From positions 1,866 through 65,865 of the forward strand of contig WRKW01000006.1 of assembly GCA_009777955.1 (NCBI GenBank): a DNA stretch of 64,000 bases. Reading direction: 5' to 3'. The DNA is from Alphaproteobacteria bacterium (GTDB lineage Bacteria; Pseudomonadota; Alphaproteobacteria; Rs-D84). How positions within the stretch are numbered: position 1 is the first letter of the stretch; each line of letters opens with the position of its first letter. Positions 17,730 through 27,756 of the stretch are shown here, piece by piece. The notes below the pieces were generated by a model. The model saw only the letters and a program-made list of their open reading frames with translations. It did not search any database and had not been told where the DNA came from. Both the position numbers and the translations under genes were made by a program.

Positions 17730-19487
17730 ATGCAATTCGCAACGCTTATTGAAAATGTTCCCGGGTTGCCCGGCGTTTATCAGATGATGGACGCGGATGA
17801 CAGCCTGCTTTACGTGGGAAAGGCAAAAAATCTTGCCGCCCGCCTTCGCCAGTATATCAATACCGACAGGCTTCCTCATAACATCCGAATGATGCGTTCC
17901 AGGGTCGCCCGGATAGAGATAATAACTACGCAAACAGAATCCGATGCGCTGATGTTGGAATCGGATCTTATAAAGAACAAAAAACCAAAATACAATATAC
18001 TGTTGACTGACGATAAGATGTATCCAATGTTGGCATTGTCTGTCGAAGAATTCCCACGGCTGTATAAATTTCGCGGGCGCGCCATACCAAAAAAAGACGT
18101 ATTTGGCCCATATTCATCAGTATCCGCGTTGCATGATACCATAAAACTGATACAAAAAGTTTGCCAGTTGCGCACTTGCAGCAATTCTATAATGAAAAAT
18201 AGAGCGCGACCATGTCTTTTGCATCAAATCGGACGTTGCAGCGCACCATGTAAAGAACAGCCCGAAAATTATAATGACAATGTAAAGCTTGCACGAAAAA
18301 TATTATCGGGAGATACCGCTTCGGTAATAACAGATTTGTCCGCGCAAATGGATAAAGCCAGTGAAAAACTGGATTATGAAAAAGCCGCCAAATTCCGCGA
18401 CAGGATACGCGCACTTTCGGAAACCGCGATGCGTGGAAAAAAAAGCGGCGTATCAGCGGATTTTTTCGCGGGGGATTTCAACAGTTCGCCAGCAATAGCC
18501 ATTACCCGGGTACGAAACGGACAATATCTATCCAATCAGATAATATATCCGAAACAGGCAGATGGAATGACACCGGCCGACATTATGGAACAAACGATAC
18601 TATGGTTTCATAATCACGAAAACCGCGAACCAAAAACCGAAAGCCGGATTCCCGTAATTACAAATATTCCAACCCCGCTGTTGTCAACAGTCTATGATTC
18701 AAAAATTATGGTTAATGAATCAGACCCCGAGATCCAAAAACTATTAAACCAGATTTCAACCAATCGAAAAGTTTTCGGTCACAAAGAAATCAAATGGCGC
18801 GAATCGGTAGACTTGCTGTCCGATTGGCTTGGCATCCAGATAGAACGCGCGGACGTATTCGATAATTCGCATTTGTCCGGAACAAGCCCCGTTGGTGCAA
18901 TGATAGCATTCGATTCAAAAGGATTTCTTAAAAAAGAATACCGGCATTATAAATTAAAAGACAACACAGCCGCAGGAAACGACATAGGAATGATGGAAGA
19001 ATTTTTAACCCGGCGACTTGCCACAGCAAAACAGGATATGCCCTCGCTTTTGATAGTGGATGGTGGAAAATCCCAATGGAACGTGGCGCAACGGGTTTTG
19101 AGAAATAAAAAACTGAACATCCCAGTTCTGGGCATAACAAAGGGAAAAATCCGCAATGGCGACGAACATTTCATAAAACCGGACAACACAATCGATACAT
19201 CCGTCCAGAAAGATTCCCCATTGTTCCTTTTGTTGCGCGCTGTTCGTGATGAAGCACACCGATTCGCCGTAACATTTCATAAAAATATCCGTGCAAAGGG
19301 CACAACCGCCAGCGCACTGGAAGAAATTGAAAGCATCGGTGCCGGCCGCAGAAAAGCTTTGCTGCGTCATTTTGGCTCTGTTTCCGGTATCTCTGAAGCT
19401 ACGCGTGCCGCCTTATTAAAAGTGCCCGGCATATCAAAAGCCACCGCCGAAAAAATCTATTTGTATTTTCACCCGGAAAGTGTGTAG
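17730..19487 (+). CDS. uvrC: Excinuclease ABC subunit C
   Basis: PGVYQM..LYVGKAKNL GIY-YIG, FDNSH, IVDGGKSQ, RDEAHRFA, HhH C-terminus. Confidence 0.95.
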   Translation: MQFATLIENVPGLPGVYQMMDADDSLLYVGKAKNLAARLRQYINTDRLPHNIRMMRSRVARIEIITTQTESDALMLESDLIKNKKPKYNILLTDDKMYPMLALSVEEFPRLYKFRGRAIPKKDVFGPYSSVSALHDTIKLIQKVCQLRTCSNSIMKNRARPCLLHQIGRCSAPCKEQPENYNDNVKLARKILSGDTASVITDLSAQMDKASEKLDYEKAAKFRDRIRALSETAMRGKKSGVSADFFAGDFNSSPAIAITRVRNGQYLSNQIIYPKQADGMTPADIMEQTILWFHNHENREPKTESRIPVITNIPTPLLSTVYDSKIMVNESDPEIQKLLNQISTNRKVFGHKEIKWRESVDLLSDWLGIQIERADVFDNSHLSGTSPVGAMIAFDSKGFLKKEYRHYKLKDNTAAGNDIGMMEEFLTRRLATAKQDMPSLLIVDGGKSQWNVAQRVLRNKKLNIPVLGITKGKIRNGDEHFIKPDNTIDTSVQKDSPLFLLLRAVRDEAHRFAVTFHKNIRAKGTTASALEEIESIGAGRRKALLRHFGSVSGISEATRAALLKVPGISKATAEKIYLYFHPESV

Positions 19488-19554
19488 AATGTAAAAAGGA
19501 AAAGAGAGGGGCATGTTCAGCCGACAATAAAAAATTTCAACAAAGGATGTACAG

Positions 19555-20133
19555 ATGAAAATATTCGTAAATTCCCTTACTGCATTCCGTATGATCGCGG
19601 CACTTGCATTAATACCATGCTTAATCTATCAATGGTTTTGGTTGATGTTTATATTGTTCGCTTTGGCTGGCATTACAGATTTCTTTGACGGATGGCTGGC
19701 CAAAAAATATAAAGTCACTACGAAATTGGGCGGGGTCATGGATCATATAGCCGACAAATTGCTGGTCACTATCGGATCGCTTCTTATCGGTGTATTCTTG
19801 CAACTGTGGATAGTGTTGCTTCCCGTGATTTTGATGATTGCCCGTAATCTTTATATATCGGGTCTTCGCGAATTTCTTGGAACCCAGAAAATCGAAATGC
19901 CAGTTCCAAGTCCCCGCATGTCATGGGGCAAAGTTGCCGCGTTTGCCCAGATGACATCTGTGGGCGCGCTTATGCTGGCCATCAATATTTTACCTTTGGT
20001 TCCCGCAAACCAGTTTTTGTACTATTTCCTTATGGCATCTATCGCCGGTTTGTGGATTTCACTTGCCGCTTCGCTTATATCCGCCGCACAATATACAGTG
20101 TCGTTTTTAAGAAAAATAAAAAAGCTGAAATAA
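19555..20133 (+). CDS. pgsA: CDP-alcohol phosphatidyltransferase (PGP synthase)
   Basis: NSLTAFR, TDFFDGWLAKK..GGVMDHIADK; follows uvrC. Confidence 0.88.
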   Translation: MKIFVNSLTAFRMIAALALIPCLIYQWFWLMFILFALAGITDFFDGWLAKKYKVTTKLGGVMDHIADKLLVTIGSLLIGVFLQLWIVLLPVILMIARNLYISGLREFLGTQKIEMPVPSPRMSWGKVAAFAQMTSVGALMLAINILPLVPANQFLYYFLMASIAGLWISLAASLISAAQYTVSFLRKIKKLK

Positions 20134-20196
20134 TACAGGGGCTGTGTATAAAAATAAAAAATTCGTCTGCTTTGCAAGCATGACGGATTTTTTTAT

Positions 20197-21516
20197 TCAT
20201 TTACACTCTTCTATCATTTGTGCGATTTCCGCGACAAGAACCAAATCTGTTGATTTCATTTTTTCAATCTGTGCAAGGCCATATAACACCGTCGCATGAT
20301 CGCGACCACCGATTACACGACCAATTTCAGACAGCGACAGGTTTGTCGCAGATTTTAATGCCGCCATCATGATTTGCCGGACACGGACAATTGGGCGGAC
20401 ACGCGATGCCGAAGTTACATCTTCAAATGACACACCCAGTTTGGCAGCCATAGCACGCGCCATGGTCAGCGGGGTCTTTTGCTTTTGCAGCGAATCGGCC
20501 AAAAGACGTTCCGCGACATCCAACGTAACATCTGCGTTCATCATTTCACGCCATGCGGAAATTTTTTTGCAAAGACCCGCGACTATATGGCCATTCGATT
20601 CCGCACGCGATGCCAAAGCATCGGCGACATCGGCACGGACACCGGCACGACCAAGCATGTTTTTGCGAACCGTCTTACTCGGCGCGACCAGATCTACAAC
20701 CAGACCGGATGCCAGAACAGACTGCATTCGGCGATCAAACCCGGTAAGCATTGACGGGGCGGCATTTGCTGTCAGTATGACATTTTTCCCCATACGGACA
20801 AGATCAACCAATAGTGCCAAAAATTCTTCGGATGTCGCACGTTTACCGCACAGAATCTGTACATCATCCAGAATGAAAATATCACAGTTGCGCATAAAAT
20901 CTTTAAAGGCGAATACTGTACGTTCGGTAATAGCGCGTTGAAATTCTGAAACAAATTGTGCACCATCAAGACGCAAAGTGCGACCCCCGTCTTTATTTTT
21001 CCGGGCTTCATTTTCAACACATTCCATCAATAGTGACTTTCCACAACCATCCGAACCATATATGAATAACGGGGAAAAAGTAATTTTGCCAGCAGCAGCT
21101 TTTTTTGCCGCAGTGATTGCAAAAGAATTTTCTTCGGATGCGATGAAATCATCAAAACCGCTGGATGCAACACATGAAACAGTGGATATGGACGGTTTTT
21201 CATAATTCTTTATTTCAATATTGTCGTTCACAGATATACGTGGTATTGTCTGGACGGCACGACCCGTGGAAATCGTTGCATTTAAACCAAATTCCGATGC
21301 CGCCGCCTGTATAATGTGGATATAAGTACTTTTGATAAAATCTGCGGAAAATTGGTTGGCTGCTACAAAATGAATCGCATTATTTTCGATGGCACCTGCC
21401 AGCGGGGCGATCCAAGAATCAAAAGCCGTGGGATCCATTTTTGAGCGGATAACACTTTTGACTGAATCAACACTCACGGACTTTACTGGATCCACACATG
21501 CTGCCATCATCGCCAT
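20197..21516 (-). CDS. dnaA: Chromosomal replication initiator DnaA
   Basis: FDSWIAPL domain I, PLFIYGSDGCGKS, FILDDVQ, LSLSEIGRVIGGRDHATVLYG domain IV. Confidence 0.9.
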   Translation of the reverse strand: MAMMAACVDPVKSVSVDSVKSVIRSKMDPTAFDSWIAPLAGAIENNAIHFVAANQFSADFIKSTYIHIIQAAASEFGLNATISTGRAVQTIPRISVNDNIEIKNYEKPSISTVSCVASSGFDDFIASEENSFAITAAKKAAAGKITFSPLFIYGSDGCGKSLLMECVENEARKNKDGGRTLRLDGAQFVSEFQRAITERTVFAFKDFMRNCDIFILDDVQILCGKRATSEEFLALLVDLVRMGKNVILTANAAPSMLTGFDRRMQSVLASGLVVDLVAPSKTVRKNMLGRAGVRADVADALASRAESNGHIVAGLCKKISAWREMMNADVTLDVAERLLADSLQKQKTPLTMARAMAAKLGVSFEDVTSASRVRPIVRVRQIMMAALKSATNLSLSEIGRVIGGRDHATVLYGLAQIEKMKSTDLVLVAEIAQMIEECK

Positions 21517-21685
21517 CTCCCTTCCTTTGATTACCAGTGTCATTTTATATATTGAAAAGTTAAACCAAAAAAACCGGTTCGCAAGTTTTTCTTGATAGAA
21601 ATTATTCAATTTTTCTCTTGCCACCGATTCGGTTTTTACCAGTATTTCCGCGGCCTGTATATACAATGTATGGACAGTTCTATTA

Positions 21686-22690
21686 TCAGATTTTTACGTA
21701 TCCGCCATCGGTTTTTTTAACGGCTCCGCACAGTTCAAGCATTACTAGTTCGCGTCTGACATCTGCTATATTTTTTTTGACAAGTTCTGCCAATACAGAT
21801 TCAGCAACGGGAGTCATTCCCAATTTATCCAACACTTCATTTTCTATTTTTTGAACCTTTTTATCTTTTTTCTGACTTTCAAAAAAATCATCGATGCCAA
21901 GGCACATTTCGGCCCTGCCATCTTTAATTAGTCGATTCGGACCCGCGCTTCGCGAATCGGATGGATGCCCCGGAATAGCGTGCACAATCCGGCCATAACC
22001 CAATGCAAATCCAGCGGTAGCCATACTTCCCGACTTTTCATCGGCTTCCCCCAGAATCAATTTTTCAGAAATTCCCGCAATCCATCTGTTTCGCATTATG
22101 AAATTACTGGCAACAGGCGTGGTTCCAACAGGCAGATCAGAAACTATCGCCCCACGTTCGATTATCTGGTTATACAAACGTTCGTTTTCGGGGGGCCATA
22201 CATAATCAACCCCACCGGCCAACACCGCAATAGTGTTAAGGTTGCCCGGCGCGGCCAACCCCCCGTCGTGCGCGGCGGTATCGGTACCCATAGCCATACC
22301 GGAAACAACGATATATCCGCGCGATGCAAATTCACGTGCCAGTTCATGAATGAATCGCATACCGGCGGCGGTTGCATGACGCGTACCGACCATACCAACA
22401 GCAGGCTTTTGTAAAGCTTTGATATTTCCGCGCACGGAAATCACTGGTGGGCGATTTTCTATTAATTTTAAATTGGCAGGATATTCGTCCGAATCATCAC
22501 ATATATAGAAAATACCGCTATGCAATGCACGATCCATTTCCCGCAATACCGAATCGATATGTTCCTTTGGATGATTTAATGATTCGCTTGCCGCCTTTGC
22601 AGTTCCGAATCCGTCCAACAGTTCTTTGTATCTTTTCGACCCGATTCCATAAGTACGCAAAATTAATAATTTATGAAAAATATCATCCAT
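21686..22690 (-). CDS. dprA: DNA processing protein DprA
   Basis: VGTRHAT, VSGMAMGTDTAAH, AVLAGGVD, FIMRNRWIAG, SGSMATA. Confidence 0.92.
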   Translation of the reverse strand: MDDIFHKLLILRTYGIGSKRYKELLDGFGTAKAASESLNHPKEHIDSVLREMDRALHSGIFYICDDSDEYPANLKLIENRPPVISVRGNIKALQKPAVGMVGTRHATAAGMRFIHELAREFASRGYIVVSGMAMGTDTAAHDGGLAAPGNLNTIAVLAGGVDYVWPPENERLYNQIIERGAIVSDLPVGTTPVASNFIMRNRWIAGISEKLILGEADEKSGSMATAGFALGYGRIVHAIPGHPSDSRSAGPNRLIKDGRAEMCLGIDDFFESQKKDKKVQKIENEVLDKLGMTPVAESVLAELVKKNIADVRRELVMLELCGAVKKTDGGYVKI

Positions 22691-22828
22691 GACACACCAT
22701 TATATAAAATACCATATAAATCACAAACCGATATTTTATAACCTGTTTAACAAACACGAATATGTATAAAAAACGATGAATAACAAGATGTGGAATATTT
22801 GAAAAATGTATTTTTTAACGCGGGTTTT

Positions 22829-23419
22829 CTATTTTTTCCACTTCCATTCGACTTTGCTTTCGGTGCCATTAATCAGTCTTTGTATATTCTGACGATGCCC
22901 CCAGAATATAATTATAACAGAAATGACAAGGCATATAAGCCCGACATTAAAATCCATCGCGAATCCCAAAATCGGAAGCACAGTCAACGCGGTAAGTGCC
23001 CCTAGGCTGGAATACCCGGTACCCAATACGATAATCAACCATTCAATCGCACACACGACAAAAAACAAGGGATTGATAGCCAACATGAAACCAAATAAAG
23101 AGCTTACACCCTTGCCACCCCTGAATCGCAGCCACACAGGAAAAATATGTCCCAATATGGCGACCGCACCGCACAATGCGCCGAATTCTATACCTATAAT
23201 ATAACGACCCAGCAACACCGCTATAATTGCCTTTGCCATATCCAAAGCCCAGGTCAAGCCCGCCAACTTTAATCCCCCAACACGCATGACATTGGTTGCG
23301 CCGGTGCTTTTGCTGCCGACTTTTCGTATATCGCCCTTGCCCGCCCATTTTGCCAATAAAAGCCCGAATGGAATGCTTCCAAGAAGATAAGATATTATTA
23401 TAAGTACGGCATATATCAT
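22829..23419 (-). CDS. plsY: Glycerol-3-phosphate acyltransferase PlsY
   Basis: YLLGSIPFG, GATNVMR, GHIFPVWLRFRGGKGV, HRQNIQRLINGTE. Confidence 0.95.
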   Translation of the reverse strand: MIYAVLIIISYLLGSIPFGLLLAKWAGKGDIRKVGSKSTGATNVMRVGGLKLAGLTWALDMAKAIIAVLLGRYIIGIEFGALCGAVAILGHIFPVWLRFRGGKGVSSLFGFMLAINPLFFVVCAIEWLIIVLGTGYSSLGALTALTVLPILGFAMDFNVGLICLVISVIIIFWGHRQNIQRLINGTESKVEWKWKK

Positions 23420-23497
23420 TTTTTATCCTTATTCATTGACTTTTCAACGGACAATATATAAAATACCCGAAAATGCACGAAAATAAAAGGAAAAAAA

Positions 23498-23758
23498 GTG
23501 GCAAACCATAAATCATCGAAAAAACGTATTCTGGTAACTGAAAAAAAGAACCGGGTTAATACCGCCCGCCGATCCGCGGTCAAGACCGAAATAAAAAAAG
23601 CTGTAAAGGCAATCGGTTCTGGTGACAAAGCCGTGGCGGTCACAGCGACCCGTAAAGCCGAATCAAAAATCATGAAATCCGCGGGCAAGACAATGCCGAA
23701 AAAGCGCGCAGCGCGCAAGATTTCGCGCCTTTCCAAGAAAGTCAATAAAATAGCTTAA
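23498..23758 (+). CDS. rpsT: 30S ribosomal protein S20
   Basis: MANHKSSKKR..RSAVKTEIKK..AARKISRL. Confidence 0.95.
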   Translation: MANHKSSKKRILVTEKKNRVNTARRSAVKTEIKKAVKAIGSGDKAVAVTATRKAESKIMKSAGKTMPKKRAARKISRLSKKVNKIA

Positions 23759-23779
23759 AATTCTTTTGATTAAAATTTC

Positions 23780-23806
23780 AAAATCCCGCAAATGCGGGAT
23801 TTTTTT
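23780..23806 (+). terminator. Rho-independent terminator after rpsT
   Basis: aaaatcccgcaaatgcgggattttttt stem-loop plus T run. Confidence 0.75.
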
Positions 23807-23820
23807 CATGTTCTGCTTTG

Positions 23821-23879
23821 TATCGTGCGCGTTGCGCACGATACATACATTATTCATTCAAAAAACAGAAAACATGACG
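23821..23879 (-). repeat. AATGAAT-heptamer/hairpin element, divergent copy
   Basis: Reverse strand gtcatgttttctgttttttgaatgaataatg..atcgtgcgcaacgcgcacgat. Confidence 0.5.
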
Positions 23880-23897
23880 GCAAATACAGGAACAATA

Positions 23898-24323
23898 CTA
23901 GCGTTTTTTACCAAATACCCAACCATGCCAAATTGGAACAAAAAGACAATCCCTTGGTTCTTTGAATCCGATTGATTCCTTACTTCCGATTGCAGATAAA
24001 ACTTGATTTCTACGCTGGATATCCCGAATCGCATCCATAATCAAAAGACCACGCTTTGCATTGTAACATTCCAGATGCTGTCCATACTGTTTTTCTTTGA
24101 CTTCGTTTTTCAAATATTCTGAAAAATCAGAAAGCTGACTGGGCAACATCACTTGCATACAATATTTGGCAGAATCATAAACATCTTGGAAATTCAATAT
24201 TATATTCAAAAAGTCTTCGGCATACCTGCGGTTTATATACACATAATCCCTGATTACCACCGCCGAATCATCGCATCGCATGGTATAAAGATCACAACTT
24301 CTTATAGCAGCACCCAGAATCAT
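23898..24323 (-). CDS. Hypothetical protein
   Basis: 141-aa ORF with GAGGTGG RBS; no motif recognised. Confidence 0.55.
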   Translation of the reverse strand: MILGAAIRSCDLYTMRCDDSAVVIRDYVYINRRYAEDFLNIILNFQDVYDSAKYCMQVMLPSQLSDFSEYLKNEVKEKQYGQHLECYNAKRGLLIMDAIRDIQRRNQVLSAIGSKESIGFKEPRDCLFVPIWHGWVFGKKR

Positions 24324-24405
24324 ACTACCACCTCTTTATTTGACAAGATGATAAAATGATAATATTAGTTTGTCAATATATTAGCGTCGCAACCTTCTGA
24401 TGCCA

Positions 24406-25995
24406 TCAATTCAAGGGTGCGCCCCAATTCTGCTGTATACTTCTTTCGGCATCCATCGGCGACACAAGAACCTGGGGTGTCAAGATAACCACAAGCACGT
24501 CGCGGGTAGAAGCCGATTCGCGGGAACCACCTATTCCAATTATATCTGGATCACCCATGCCGAAACGCGTGTCATTGTTCGATTGGCGTTCAAACCCGGA
24601 CAATACCAACGTCTGACCAGATTCCATGATTACTTCCTGCATAAAGCTGCGTTCTTCCACTTCTGGCAGCTGCAGAGTTACACCCTGCTCTGTTCCGGTT
24701 CCACCGATCGTTTCGGTGCGAATGTTTATAAGCTCGCGCACGCTCATTCTAAATAAAAGCAATATCCGTCCGTTTTCCAATACGTTCGGCAACAGCTGCA
24801 TAGAAAATCCGGTTTCCAAATCGTCTTGATCCACGGTTGTCGATTCCACAGTCGTAAAGTTACGCGATTCGATACGCTTTATATATCCTGTCGTACGGGT
24901 ATTTGATACCGGTGCAACGCGATTGCTGCGGGTAGTAACACCGACATTCGTTACCAAAGATATTTTACCCTGTCTTGCCAGGGCGGTAATAAGCGCGTTC
25001 GACCCGGCCACGGAAGAAAGTGATCCATCATTGGACAATCCCCGTTCGGCCGATGCCACACCCGACAGCACCGCTATATTCATACTGTTCGTATTTGCCA
25101 GGCCGCCCAGCGTATTGGATGGATTCGCGGCAATTGACAACCCAGATGTCGAATTAATAGCCGCCGCCAAATTCAGACCAAATGCCGAATTATTGGATAT
25201 CGAAACCTGCAGAACCCTTACATCTATTGTTACCAATTGGCTCAATCGTCTATTCTGTCTGTCTATATAATCTGAAACACGCGCCTGAACCGACGGGGGG
25301 GCGGTAACAGTAATTGTACCCAAAGAACGCGATACTGTGAAGCCTGCATTTTCACTGCCCCCGATTATGCTGCCGATTGCTTTTTCGACTTCCTCCCATT
25401 CATGAAGATTGGATTCCAGAGCAACCAGATTTCCATCATCCGTCTGTATCCGCGACTGATAGCTTACATCGGTGCCAAGGGCATGCAGTGTGAAAGTCTT
25501 GGTTTCGGTTTCATAGAAAACTATAGAGCTTTTGTCGTAATACCAAAGCAAGTCAAGATCGGTGGCTACCTGGGACAACAGACCCGACAATTTGCCGGTA
25601 TATGCAATATTCATGTTCTTTTTCAATCTTTCGGCATTTATCTGGCTGTCGATCTTTACCGGTATTGCCGTTATGGAATGTATATTGTTGGCCAAAACCT
25701 GAAGCGAAACCGGATCACCCAAAAGAATTGTCACACCCGTATCGGTTTCAAATTCCCGTGGAAGATTGTTTCTGTGTTCCAGAACTATGGATTTGTTTCC
25801 CAGCCATATAGATTCCGACACTGATATCGTATCATTGGAAACTTTTGCCGATGGCTGTTTCGCCATTTGGAAAGCATCATATGCATTTACGAAATCCTGG
25901 TCGACCGCGCTTGCGACCTGTCGCGATTCTTTTTTTGCACAAGCACAGACGAACAGCAAAGAGCAAAAAGTAAAAAACAAATATAGTTTTCTCAT
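24406..25995 (-). CDS. Type IVb pilus secretin (PilN/BfpB-like lipoprotein secretin)
   Basis: Lipobox-like LFVCAC, secretin core VTIDVRVLQV..TGFSMQLLPNV..LQLPEVEER..GQTLVLSGFE..LVVILTPQV. Confidence 0.85.
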   Translation of the reverse strand: MRKLYLFFTFCSLLFVCACAKKESRQVASAVDQDFVNAYDAFQMAKQPSAKVSNDTISVSESIWLGNKSIVLEHRNNLPREFETDTGVTILLGDPVSLQVLANNIHSITAIPVKIDSQINAERLKKNMNIAYTGKLSGLLSQVATDLDLLWYYDKSSIVFYETETKTFTLHALGTDVSYQSRIQTDDGNLVALESNLHEWEEVEKAIGSIIGGSENAGFTVSRSLGTITVTAPPSVQARVSDYIDRQNRRLSQLVTIDVRVLQVSISNNSAFGLNLAAAINSTSGLSIAANPSNTLGGLANTNSMNIAVLSGVASAERGLSNDGSLSSVAGSNALITALARQGKISLVTNVGVTTRSNRVAPVSNTRTTGYIKRIESRNFTTVESTTVDQDDLETGFSMQLLPNVLENGRILLLFRMSVRELINIRTETIGGTGTEQGVTLQLPEVEERSFMQEVIMESGQTLVLSGFERQSNNDTRFGMGDPDIIGIGGSRESASTRDVLVVILTPQVLVSPMDAERSIQQNWGAPLN

Positions 25996-26109
25996 CTCGA
26001 ACCTTTTAATTGCCGACTTATGACCTTTATGCCAAATCTTTGGCAAAAACGGATGTCGATTCTGATTGGGCTTTAACCAGCAATCTTCAACCAACAGTCA
26101 GAAATTTTT

Positions 26110-26928
26110 TTATTCCCCTATTGCGGTGCTTACGACAAGCACCCGGTTTCCTTTATAGAATTTCGCATAAGGCACCGGATTGGCACGTGAAAAATTCCGC
26201 ACCAAAGCACTGGACACATCTATGAATCGCCCCTTGAATACTGCGGATGCTTGTATCGGGTATTCGCGCGACGTGCCCCATACCAGATCCCAACCCTCTC
26301 TGTTGCACCATTCTTGCAAAACTTCGCGCAGGGTCGATCCGCTGGCCACAACCCAAGAACGCACCTGGTCAGGTATTTTTGAATCCGACCCGGATGATTC
26401 TGTATCCTCTACTTCCATATCGGGGCATTCGTCACATTCGTCAAAGGGCGCATCCGAACCAAGAAACATTTGTGGTCTGGTATCCGGCTTTTTCCGTCCT
26501 GATCGGGACATGGCCAATACCTGTGCGCCGTCGTCTTCCAACATCGCCTGGTGCATCAATGGCATTTCAGCCTGGTTTTCATATATGTTGAATCCTATCG
26601 GGGCCTGATACCCATGTATAAGGTTTGCACCGCCAGAAAATCCCATTCCATCATTTCCACGCGCGTCCATGCTTATATTATTTTCCACGGTCAAATCCGC
26701 GCCAATTTTTGATACTATGCGTATGTTATCACGATCATCACCGGCATACCGGACACCGCTATCTTGTGCGGTGGTTGCGATCTGCATATCGGCATCGGAT
26801 CCGGGTGCGGGCCAAACCGGCGGCTGCGCAAATTGTTGCGGTGCGTGGTCTTGCAATGCGAACCCATCGGCCCAGCAATAGCCACAACAAGTCGCAAAAA
26901 GCGCGAAAATAAAGATTTGTCGGAACAT
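26110..26928 (-). CDS. TcpQ/PilL-domain type IVb pilus biogenesis protein
   Basis: C-terminal WVVASGSTLREVLQEW..GWDLVW..YPIQASAVFKGRF..YKGNRVLVV, adjacent to secretin. Confidence 0.8.
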   Translation of the reverse strand: MFRQIFIFALFATCCGYCWADGFALQDHAPQQFAQPPVWPAPGSDADMQIATTAQDSGVRYAGDDRDNIRIVSKIGADLTVENNISMDARGNDGMGFSGGANLIHGYQAPIGFNIYENQAEMPLMHQAMLEDDGAQVLAMSRSGRKKPDTRPQMFLGSDAPFDECDECPDMEVEDTESSGSDSKIPDQVRSWVVASGSTLREVLQEWCNREGWDLVWGTSREYPIQASAVFKGRFIDVSSALVRNFSRANPVPYAKFYKGNRVLVVSTAIGE

Positions 26929-27095
26929 AGAAAGATCCTTCCTTTATAACGTTACAAAACGATTATAACGAGTTTGGAAAAACGACGCAATTAAAAAGTA
27001 TGCCGTTGCAACACGTTATTTTTGTTTGCTTATATGTCATACCGATAATGTGCGCTGTGCGCACGATGCTCTATTCTAAATGAATAATGAATAGC

Positions 27096-27330
27096 GGACG
27101 AAATAATCTTTTCCAACATTTCGTGTCATTGCGAGTGGTCAAAGACCGCGAAGCAATCTTTTCCGGGCATTCCGTGTCATTGCGAGTCACGCCGTCAGGC
27201 GGACGAAGCAATCTTTACAGACGATGGAATTCTTATACTTTCCCTTTTTGGAAAAGATTGCTTCGTCCGTCACCGCAAGCGGTGACGCGACTCGCAATGA
27301 CACCAGACCACAATGACATCAGACCGCCAT
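27096..27330. repeat. REP-like palindromic array 3
   Basis: Degenerate unit, two direct units, core, one inverted unit. Confidence 0.9.
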
Positions 27331-27334
27331 AACA

Positions 27335-27564
27335 TCAAAGGCCGAGAGCCGCAAACAGCGCCGACCGGAAGAAGGAATTGCTCAGGGCGATGCCCACGCA
27401 AGAACCCGCGCAGTAATACGCGCAACCGGACGGATCGCCGTAGTCGACCCCACTGAAAACCCAAGCCAACGAAGCGAAACTAAACCCGGGAATACTTGTT
27501 AGCTTACACCAACAGTTACTGCCACCATCTACAACTGGGTTGCCGATATTGGCATAGCTTCCGC
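27335..27564 (-). pseudogene. 5'-truncated Cys-rich DGR-target copy 3 (VR3 at 27335-27455)
   Basis: GSYANIGNPVVDGGSNCWCKLTSIPGFSFASLAWVFSGVDYGDPSGCAYYCAGSCVGIALSNSFFRSALFAALGL*; homology stops at ~27564, no start or signal peptide. Confidence 0.85.
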
Positions 27565-27620
27565 ACCGCGCACGATACGAATATGTATTCGCGGTCTTTG
27601 CCCGCGAATGGCTTATACAT

Positions 27621-27650
27621 TGGATTCCCGCCTTACGCAGGAATGATGGC
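27621..27650. repeat. ATTCC-N-GGGAAT palindromic repeat (dRS3/RPE-like)
   Basis: Reverse strand cattcctgcgtaaggcgggaatcca. Confidence 0.5.
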
Positions 27651-27711
27651 CACTTTGTTGCCGTTATAATTCTTTATATGTTTGCAACCAGATTATGTTA
27701 CGCCCGCTTAT

Positions 27712-27740
27712 AAAAAACGCGGGCTTTGCCCGCGTTTTTT
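27712..27740 (-). terminator. Bidirectional Rho-independent terminator
   Basis: aaaaaacgcgggctttgcccgcgtttttt just downstream of 27757 stop. Confidence 0.75.
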
Positions 27741-27756
27741 GTAAAATGCCTTTTCA

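Noticed and set aside
20134-22830. Replication origin near dnaA
   Set aside because: Only one DnaA-box-like 9-mer (TGTGTATAA near 20143) was seen; no cluster.
23416-23745. 109-aa minus-strand ORF
   Set aside because: Antisense shadow of rpsT.
27335-27455. Truncated copy as the DGR template repeat
   Set aside because: Variable positions are not adenine-rich; it looks like another mutagenised VR.
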